Virus record (IMG/VR): IMGVR_UViG_3300042257_000233
Origin: an uncultured virus (IMG/VR IMGVR_UViG_3300042257_000233)
Lineage: Duplodnaviria > Heunggongvirae > Uroviricota > Caudoviricetes
Reading direction: 5' to 3' (one strand)
DNA length: 20,000 nt
In this document: positions 1 through 6,274 of the stretch, piece after piece
Layout of the letters: every line of letters begins with the position of its first letter
How positions within the stretch are numbered: position 1 is the stretch's first letter
Program-made: the position numbers and the translations under genes
Notes under the pieces: generated by a model
Databases searched by the model: none
What the model was told of the DNA's origin: nothing
What the model saw: only the letters and a program-made list of their open reading frames with translations

Positions 1-1
1 C

Positions 2-1234
2 AGCTACGCAAGCGACGCTTACGGCGTGTGCTATGATCTCGACACCGGTGAGTTTACCCGACTGGGCACACTTGCGGCTATCTCTGCCACGTACGATACA
101 AGCTACAAGCCGCTCAGCAATGTACCCGATTTGCTGTTGCCGATACAGCGCAACATGCGCCGGTGCCTGCTGAAAGATGACCGGACGGTAAACTACTATT
201 GCAGCGCTACGGACACAACCAAAAAGGCAAACGGAGAAGCTGCTGTGCTTGATGGCACCGATGGGCAAGTGATGGTGGAAATTCCTGCGCACTGGTGGAA
301 ATTCGAGCGTATAGGCAACAAGCTGTACTGGTGGGTCGCTCCAACAGAAAAGACGGGTTATGGATGGAACTACTTTCCCAAAAATTATTATGGTACATAC
401 GAAGGGCAGTTGTATGACCATAGCGCTGGCAGTATTGTAGGCGGCCAAGGTGGAGCCGATACAGCCAACGACAAGCTCTGCTCGGTAAGCGGAGTAGAAG
501 CGCATACTGATGAGACAATCGTAGAATATCGTGACATAGCAACGAATCGTGGCACCGGTTGGTATCAGCAAGCAAATCACATTGACGCCGCAGTTGCACG
601 ACTCTATCTCATTGAGTATGCCAGCTTTGACACGCAAAGCAAAATATCGGAAGGTTTAACGAATGCGAGTAGTGGAGATTGGGGCGCATATAATGGCTAT
701 TGCCCGCTGCATGCCGCAGGCATTACTAACAGTTTAGGTAACACCTCCGGTGAAGTAGCGCTGAACATCGAAAATTTCGTCGATGGAACGGGGACGTTGA
801 GCACACAGGCAATGAGTTATCGCGGAATAGAGAATTGGTATGGGCATCTTTGGAAGTGGCTGGACGGAGCGAACGTACACAACAGCCTTGCCAGTGGCAG
901 CAGATTGTATTTGTGTAGCGATCCTGCAAATTTCGCAAGCGACACCTCAACCAATTATGAGTTAGTCGGGACATTGCCGCAAACCGCGAACTATTACGAC
1001 GTATTACCTCTGGATAACGGGTTTTACCCATCAACAACAGTAAAAGGCTCTACCACAGGGTTGTGCGATTACTTTTACACGGCTTACCCGGCTGAGGGGT
1101 GGCGTGTCGTGGCTGTTGGTGGTGCCGCGTCTTACGGTGTGCTAGCGGGCGCTTTCTGCGTTCTTTCGCTTAGCGCTTCCTCGTATGACCATTCGTACTT
1201 TGGCGGTCGTCTCTGCGCGGCTGCTGGAGAGTAA
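2..1234 (+). CDS. DGR target protein with C-terminal C-type lectin (CLec/Mtd-like, FGE-type) fold; probable phage receptor-binding/tail protein; 5'-truncated by the window edge
   Basis: The frame is open from base 2 (SYASDAYGVCYD...), so the GTG at 26 is probably not the true start. It has the CLec/FGE-like motif GIENWYGHLWKWLDG (824-868) and a terminal GGRLC, and its 3' end contains the VR matching the TR. Confidence 0.88.
   Translation, partial: SYASDAYGVCYDLDTGEFTRLGTLAAISATYDTSYKPLSNVPDLLLPIQRNMRRCLLKDDRTVNYYCSATDTTKKANGEAAVLDGTDGQVMVEIPAHWWKFERIGNKLYWWVAPTEKTGYGWNYFPKNYYGTYEGQLYDHSAGSIVGGQGGADTANDKLCSVSGVEAHTDETIVEYRDIATNRGTGWYQQANHIDAAVARLYLIEYASFDTQSKISEGLTNASSGDWGAYNGYCPLHAAGITNSLGNTSGEVALNIENFVDGTGTLSTQAMSYRGIENWYGHLWKWLDGANVHNSLASGSRLYLCSDPANFASDTSTNYELVGTLPQTANYYDVLPLDNGFYPSTTVKGSTTGLCDYFYTAYPAEGWRVVAVGGAASYGVLAGAFCVLSLSASSYDHSYFGGRLCAAAGE
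1104..1216 (+). repeat. DGR variable repeat (VR)
   Basis: 113-bp ungapped match to 1261-1373 (offset 157). All 22 mismatches are at positions that are A in the downstream copy. It lies in the last ~45 codons of the target gene. One more A>C pair at 1260/1103 may extend the repeat by one base. Confidence 0.97.
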
Positions 1235-1260
1235 CAGTATGAGAACAAGCATCTCTGGTA

Positions 1261-1373
1261 GTGTCGTGGCTGTTGGTGGTAACGCGAATAACAGTGTGAA
1301 AGCAGGCGCTTTCTACGTTAATTCGAATAACGATTCCTCGAATGACAATTCGAACATTGGCAGTCGTCTCAGC
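1261..1373 (+). ncRNA. DGR template repeat (TR)
   Basis: Copy of the VR rich in AAC/AAT codons (29 adenines), lying between the target gene and the RT gene. Examples of TR>VR changes: aac>gcc, aat>tct, aaa>cta, aat>ctt. No non-A base differs. Confidence 0.96.
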
Positions 1374-1395
1374 TTATCTAAACCTTATGCCAGAG

Positions 1396-1426
1396 TTGCT
1401 TTGCCTCTTGGCAGAACACAAAGCAA
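1396..1426 (+). other. Stem-loops in the TR 3' spacer (probable structured part of the DGR RNA)
   Basis: TTGCTTTG (1396-1403) is the exact reverse complement of CAAAGCAA (1419-1426). A partly overlapping inner hairpin TGCC-TCTT-GGCA lies at 1402-1413. Confidence 0.6.
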
Positions 1427-1484
1427 TGCCTCATTACGTTTTGGTACCATTGAGAATGGGAAGAATCGGAGGTGAAATAAGCAG

Positions 1485-2540
1485 ATGAAACGATATAACA
1501 ACTTATATCAAAAAGTGTATGAAATGGAAAATCTGTTGATGGCCCATAAAAACGCTCGCAAAGGTAAGGCACACTACAAAGAGGTTAGGGAGATAGACCA
1601 GGATACTGAGAAGTCTTTGCTTAGCCTTCAGCAATTGCTTATGAACAAAACGTTTGAAAATTCGGCATACACGCACATAACACGCACTATGAAAAGCGGC
1701 AAGGTGCGTAAGATTGCCAAGTTGCCATACTACCCAGACCGAATAGTGCATCATGCGATCATACAAGTTGTTGGAGATATTTGGAAAAAAAGATTCATTA
1801 ACAACACGTATGCCTGCATAAAGGGGCGGGGTATCCATAAGTGTGTGAGGAAAATAAAGCAAGACTTGATAAACAGAGAAGCAACACGGTATTGTCTTAA
1901 AATGGATGTTAAGCAGTTCTATCCATCGGTTAATCATGACGTATTGAAGATGATTATTCGAAAGAAGATAAAAGACAAAGATTTGCTTTGGTTGTTAGAT
2001 TTAATCATTGATTCTGAAGAAGGGCTTCCTATCGGGAATTATTTAAGCCAATTCTTGGGGAATCTATATTTATCAGAGATTGATCATTACATTAAAGAGC
2101 AATTGCACTGTCATTACTATTACCGCTATTGTGACGACATGGTGATATTAAGCGATAACAAGCGTTGGCTACACGATATACGCATAATCTTGGAATCTCA
2201 GCTGAGTACTATACGTCTTGAATTAAAGTCTAACTGGCAGGTGTTCCCCGTTGCTTCCAGAGGCATAGATTTTCTTGGCTATCGTTTTTTCCACGGGTAT
2301 ACATTGCTTCGTAAAACTATTGCTAATGGCATAAAAGAGAGCATGAAAGAAGTCAAGCAAAAGTGGGAAAGAATACCTGCTCAGACTGTTATATCGCGAG
2401 TCATGAGCTATTATGGATGGATGCAATACAGCAATTGTCGTAACCTAAAAAACAAACATATTGATGATGAAATCTTCTGGATAGTGAAGCAGAAGGCGAA
2501 AGAGCTCGGCATTGCAAATCCCCTCCAGGGGGCAGCATGA
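1485..2540 (+). CDS. DGR reverse transcriptase (351 aa)
   Basis: RT motifs PDRIVHHA, YCLKMDVKQFYPSV, GLPIGNYLSQ (2022-2051, with the SQ typical of DGR RTs), catalytic YCDD (2127-2138) and GIDFLGY. No intron maturase/endonuclease extension. RBS GGAGGTG upstream. Confidence 0.96.
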   Translation: MKRYNNLYQKVYEMENLLMAHKNARKGKAHYKEVREIDQDTEKSLLSLQQLLMNKTFENSAYTHITRTMKSGKVRKIAKLPYYPDRIVHHAIIQVVGDIWKKRFINNTYACIKGRGIHKCVRKIKQDLINREATRYCLKMDVKQFYPSVNHDVLKMIIRKKIKDKDLLWLLDLIIDSEEGLPIGNYLSQFLGNLYLSEIDHYIKEQLHCHYYYRYCDDMVILSDNKRWLHDIRIILESQLSTIRLELKSNWQVFPVASRGIDFLGYRFFHGYTLLRKTIANGIKESMKEVKQKWERIPAQTVISRVMSYYGWMQYSNCRNLKNKHIDDEIFWIVKQKAKELGIANPLQGAA

Positions 2541-2827
2541 AAAAGTTTAGTGACTTTGCCAAAGAGAAAGTGCTTGATGGAGAGAAGATGCGTATTGACG
2601 ACGTGCTGAACGAAGACATAAAAGTGGTTAACTTCACGATTAAAACGTCAAAATATCCAAAGAATAACAGCGGCAAGTATCTTACTTTGCAAATAGAGCG
2701 AAATAGCCGGAAATATGTTGTTTTTACCGGTTCTGATGTTTTGATAGAACAAATGGAAAAGTATGGAGATGAGGTTCCATTTGAGGCGACAATCAGAAAA
2801 ATCAATCGATACTACAGTTTAACTTAG
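2537..2827 (+). CDS. Small protein (96 aa) coupled to the RT; candidate DGR accessory factor
   Basis: ATGA overlap with the RT stop. Lys-rich with alternating hydrophobic strand-like segments, unlike the helical Avd. Confidence 0.7.
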   Translation: MKKFSDFAKEKVLDGEKMRIDDVLNEDIKVVNFTIKTSKYPKNNSGKYLTLQIERNSRKYVVFTGSDVLIEQMEKYGDEVPFEATIRKINRYYSLT

Positions 2828-2836
2828 GAGGATAGG

Positions 2837-3172
2837 ATGAGGATGAGCGAAAGCAAGCTACGGCAGCCTGATGTGATACCGCAAGGGCAGGCCAAGCTAA
2901 TTAACTTCAATCATGAGCAGGTTACCCGAACAGGTGAGGATGGACTGACTGAAGCCTTTTGGAGATGTGAGCAGGTGCGGGTTCATGCCTACGCATCTCG
3001 CGGTGCGATAATTTCAGCCATAATCCGTAACAAATATGATGAGCCGGGGCAGGAAGCTGCACTTATTAACAATGCTATTGCAAACCCAGAAGAGGCTACA
3101 GCACAGGCAGAATACGCAGAATACCAGCAGCGCCGGCAGATGGCAAAAGCCGTAGCAGATAGCATCCAGTAA
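2837..3172 (+). CDS. Hypothetical phage protein (111 aa); possibly a tail-fibre assembly/chaperone-type protein
   Basis: RBS AGGAGG upstream. Helical C-terminus IIRNKY...EYAEYQQRRQMAK resembles small proteins found next to phage tail-fibre genes; function is inference. Confidence 0.6.
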   Translation: MRMSESKLRQPDVIPQGQAKLINFNHEQVTRTGEDGLTEAFWRCEQVRVHAYASRGAIISAIIRNKYDEPGQEAALINNAIANPEEATAQAEYAEYQQRRQMAKAVADSIQ

Positions 3173-3181
3173 AGGACGAAC

Positions 3182-3565
3182 ATGAGTGAAGCAGACGTTA
3201 GAATCGCAAAACTCGAACAGAGACAGGAGAGCTGCGAGTCTCGATTGTCCGCTGTAGAAGACACACAGAAACAGATCACGGAGATCAGAGACCTTCTGCT
3301 GGTTATACAGTCTGATTTGCAACATGAGATCAAGGACTTCGATGATAAGCGTCTGCGCTGCATGAAGGAATTCGACGCACGCTACGTGCAGCATTCGCAA
3401 CTGAACAGCTGTGTGCAGAAGCAGATCGATAGTGACCGCGAGAAGCGGAGTGAAACCACCAGCCGCAGCACGCTGATATTTGGCAGAGTTTTGGATATCG
3501 CCTTTAAGCTCTGCGTGGTACTGGCGGCAGGATACGCAGTGTACAGCGCTGCGATGGGAGGATAG
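3182..3565 (+). CDS. Coiled-coil protein with C-terminal transmembrane helix (127 aa; holin/XhlA-like architecture)
   Basis: Heptad pattern RIAKLEQRQESCESRLSAVE, hydrophobic C-terminus IAFKLCVVLAAGYAVYSAA, and position directly before a holin gene. Confidence 0.6.
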   Translation: MSEADVRIAKLEQRQESCESRLSAVEDTQKQITEIRDLLLVIQSDLQHEIKDFDDKRLRCMKEFDARYVQHSQLNSCVQKQIDSDREKRSETTSRSTLIFGRVLDIAFKLCVVLAAGYAVYSAAMGG

Positions 3566-3566
3566 G

Positions 3567-4010
3567 GTGATAAAAGAGATAATCGGCGCAGTGGCAGGAG
3601 CAATAAAACCAGCTACAGACTTGGTGGATAATCTCACCACCACCACCGAAGAAAAAATGCAACTGCGCAATGCGCTGGAACAATTACAGAACCAAGTAAC
3701 CACCAAGCTGATAGACTATGATACCGAAGTGGCAAAGGCAAAAGCTGAGATCATGAAAGCAGAATTGCAGCAGGATGACAAATTTACCAAGCGAGCACGT
3801 CCATGGATTATTTATGGCGGATTGATTGCGCTGGGGCTTAACCACATCATGCTACCATGGGCGGCATGGATAATGACAGCGGTAGGCGCAACCACCGAAG
3901 CATTACCAGCAATTAACCTGCCAGGTGAATTTTGGCTTGCATGGGGTGGGGCGGCTGGTGTTTACGCTTTTCGCCGGACTTCTGAGAAGCTAACCAAGGC
4001 AAAGGGGTAG
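3567..4010 (+). CDS. Holin, GTA/3TM-type (147 aa)
   Basis: Start reassigned to GTG 3567, after a GGAGG RBS and just past the upstream stop. Pattern LVDNLTTTTEEK...DDKFTKRARPWIIY plus hydrophobic helices and terminal RRTSEK fits the 3TM holin family. Confidence 0.75.
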   Translation: MIKEIIGAVAGAIKPATDLVDNLTTTTEEKMQLRNALEQLQNQVTTKLIDYDTEVAKAKAEIMKAELQQDDKFTKRARPWIIYGGLIALGLNHIMLPWAAWIMTAVGATTEALPAINLPGEFWLAWGGAAGVYAFRRTSEKLTKAKG

Positions 4011-4013
4011 GAT

Positions 4014-4235
4014 ATGGATAAGCTCTATCATTTCTGCGGCTGTGCCGTAGTGGCCTTTGGTGCCGGGGTGCTGTGGAAGAACCCGGCGGCAGGCTACGGT
4101 GTGGCGGTAACGGCAGGCATCCTGAAGGAAGAAGCAGACGATCGGCCCGGCGGCAGCGGCTACGACAAACTGGATATCCGGGCTGATGTAATGGGCGCGC
4201 TGGTAGGGAGCTGCGCTGCAATGCTGGTGTTGTGA
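4014..4235 (+). CDS. Small membrane protein, YfiM/VanZ-like (73 aa)
   Basis: Motif order DKxxHF ... GxxKExxD ... DxxADxxG on hydrophobic helices. Confidence 0.6.
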   Translation: MDKLYHFCGCAVVAFGAGVLWKNPAAGYGVAVTAGILKEEADDRPGGSGYDKLDIRADVMGALVGSCAAMLVL

Positions 4236-4678
4236 TGGCGCAGGAAGTTTTTGTTTTTGATGCCCGTCGTAACGCGGTGACGGGAAAATTCGGCAACATG
4301 GATATTGTGCGGGGGCAGCCGCTTACCGGGGGTAAATGGTTGAAGAACGTGGTTGTGTTCCAAAACACTGACGGTGATCTGAAAGAGTACCCATCCAGCA
4401 GCAACACATCAGAGACGGCGACCGTGCGCACAGCACGGTATGCATTAGATGAAGCGGGAGAAGAGCGGATAGGCAAGATAAAAGTGGTGTATGAAGGCAC
4501 TGCTACAGTGATGGTGTACAGTTACAACCACCGTTACGAGACTACCCCGTACCGGGTGATTACCTGCACCGGAATAAGCAGTGACACATGGTTTGTGTTA
4601 CCGCTGAACGTGAAATCTTCGTTTATAGAGATACAAGTGAGTGGGTTTACCACTTTGAAGGCAATTTTCATACAGTAG
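4232..4678 (+). CDS. Hypothetical beta-rich phage protein (148 aa), possibly structural
   Basis: Overlaps the upstream stop, is strand-rich, and sits just before the putative ejection protein genes. Confidence 0.55.
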   Translation: MMAQEVFVFDARRNAVTGKFGNMDIVRGQPLTGGKWLKNVVVFQNTDGDLKEYPSSSNTSETATVRTARYALDEAGEERIGKIKVVYEGTATVMVYSYNHRYETTPYRVITCTGISSDTWFVLPLNVKSSFIEIQVSGFTTLKAIFIQ

Positions 4679-4687
4679 GAGGCAGGG

Positions 4688-6271
4688 ATGGCATGGTATT
4701 CTGCACCGTTAGTGCTAGGAGCGATTGACAGCGCGAGACATTATTTTAACAAGCCCAAGCAGCAGCAGCCGGACACGGGCTGGATGCAGAGATTTATAAA
4801 CAATTGGAAGGGTGAAGTGAGTTCTAACACCACCCAGAATCGCATTATGCGGGATGCGCAGCGCACCATAGGCGCGAATGCCACCAGAGCGAACCAGCAG
4901 ATAGGGTATGATTTGGCACGTACCGGAAATGAAGGATTAGCCGCCAGTGCAATACTGCAAACGCAGAAGAACAGCAACGCAGCGGGGCAAAACGCATTGC
5001 AGTATGCCAGCAGGCAGCAGGAGCAGGACAACACCCGCTACCAGAATAAAATAGAGAATCTGGAGATGATGCGGGAGCGGATAGAGGCAGAGGCGCGGCA
5101 GCGGCACAACGTGGCAATGGATGAATGGAAGCAGGGCTGGGGCGATGTGGCCATGAATACCGCTGGTCGATTGGCAACCGCCGGGATGAACGAGATGGCA
5201 CGCAATGCAGCAGAGCTGAAACAGCAGGGCACCAGGGAAGAGAGCGCAGGCATCCTGAACAAACTGATGGACGGGAGCCTGAACGATGCTGACCTGCAGG
5301 AAGCAGTACGCAGCGGCGCAATGACGGTGAACGAAGCATGGCGCTACGCACAGACCATGGACAGCCAGGGTGATGACCAAGCCTATTTTGATGCAGTGAA
5401 AAAGCTGGCAGGTGGCACGCACGAATGGAACCCTGAATTTGATACCGGGCAGAACATGAAGCTGCTGCAACTGAGTATACCGGATGAAACCAACTCTGGA
5501 GAAGCGTATTACAACGAGCTGGCAGGGATATTGAAAAGTGACCGGGCATTTGATCCGAAGATGACGACACAGCAGAACGTGAATATACTGCGTAGCAGCC
5601 AGACGGCAGACACCGGGGAAGAGCAGAACAAAGTGTATTATGGCATGAGTACCAACCCAGACCTTACCCCGGAGCAGGTAGATGCAGCGGTAAATGCCGG
5701 AGCAATAACGCCACAGATGGGTTTGAACCTGCAAAAACGCTTTGCCACGGAAGATATTGAGACCGACTGGTACAAAGGCGAAGATGGGCTGGAGCACCAG
5801 CAGGCAAACATTAATGGACAATGGGTGGACACTGGCATCACACGCAAGGCAAACTACAATGCCAGCGCAGACAAACGACAGCAAAAAGCACAGCAGGATT
5901 TGGTTACCTTTGGCAATGAACTGGAGGTATACTCGAAGTTTACTAATAATGCCGCAGCTGAGGATATGCGAGACCTGGTAAGTAACATTACCACCATCCC
6001 GCTGGATGAGGCGCAGGACAGGCTGTATAATTATGTTAACGGAATGGACTTGCCTATCAAAGGTGGAAATAGCATTGAATACCCTGGACCAAAAGGGGAA
6101 AAGATAAAAATAACTTTGGCCGGTGACAGCGACGAGGCGAAGTTATTTGATGCACGGATGAAGATTTACACCCGGCTCACTAAAGCGTTGAACAACATAC
6201 GGCTGAATATGGGCGAGCAGACGACGCCTGATAATTTTAATGATGACTTTAATCAGTTTGATTGGGACTAA
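4688..6271 (+). CDS. Probable internal virion / DNA ejection protein (527 aa)
   Basis: RBS AGGAGG. Q/N/A-rich helical N-terminus with no cysteines, located immediately before the giant polyvalent protein. Function inferred from composition and gene order. Confidence 0.55.
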   Translation: MAWYSAPLVLGAIDSARHYFNKPKQQQPDTGWMQRFINNWKGEVSSNTTQNRIMRDAQRTIGANATRANQQIGYDLARTGNEGLAASAILQTQKNSNAAGQNALQYASRQQEQDNTRYQNKIENLEMMRERIEAEARQRHNVAMDEWKQGWGDVAMNTAGRLATAGMNEMARNAAELKQQGTREESAGILNKLMDGSLNDADLQEAVRSGAMTVNEAWRYAQTMDSQGDDQAYFDAVKKLAGGTHEWNPEFDTGQNMKLLQLSIPDETNSGEAYYNELAGILKSDRAFDPKMTTQQNVNILRSSQTADTGEEQNKVYYGMSTNPDLTPEQVDAAVNAGAITPQMGLNLQKRFATEDIETDWYKGEDGLEHQQANINGQWVDTGITRKANYNASADKRQQKAQQDLVTFGNELEVYSKFTNNAAAEDMRDLVSNITTIPLDEAQDRLYNYVNGMDLPIKGGNSIEYPGPKGEKIKITLAGDSDEAKLFDARMKIYTRLTKALNNIRLNMGEQTTPDNFNDDFNQFDWD

Positions 6272-6274
6272 GCA

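Larger units (their letters stand above)
2..2827 (+). mobile_element. Diversity-generating retroelement cassette (target-VR / TR / RT / putative accessory ORF)
   Basis: VR-TR pair with strictly adenine-specific mismatches next to a DGR-type RT. Including 2537-2827 in the cassette is inferred from its ATGA coupling to the RT. Confidence 0.93.

Noticed and set aside
1185..1475. 96-aa ORF (or 78 aa from ATG 1239) spanning the TR
   Set aside because: The frame is open largely because TR mirrors the coding VR, and the product is an Asn-rich copy of it with no clear RBS. It is best explained as non-coding TR RNA, though translation cannot be excluded.
1485..2540. RT as group II intron, retron or CRISPR-associated RT
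   Set aside because: No maturase/endonuclease extension or cas genes are present, and the adjacent A-specific TR/VR pair explains it as a DGR RT.
3480..3566. Upstream extension of the holin ORF; likewise the extensions at 18410, 19139 and 19577
   Set aside because: Three of these overlap upstream genes or the tRNA, and 19577 is a TTG start without an RBS. The internal starts 3567, 18503, 19292 and 19607 fit better.
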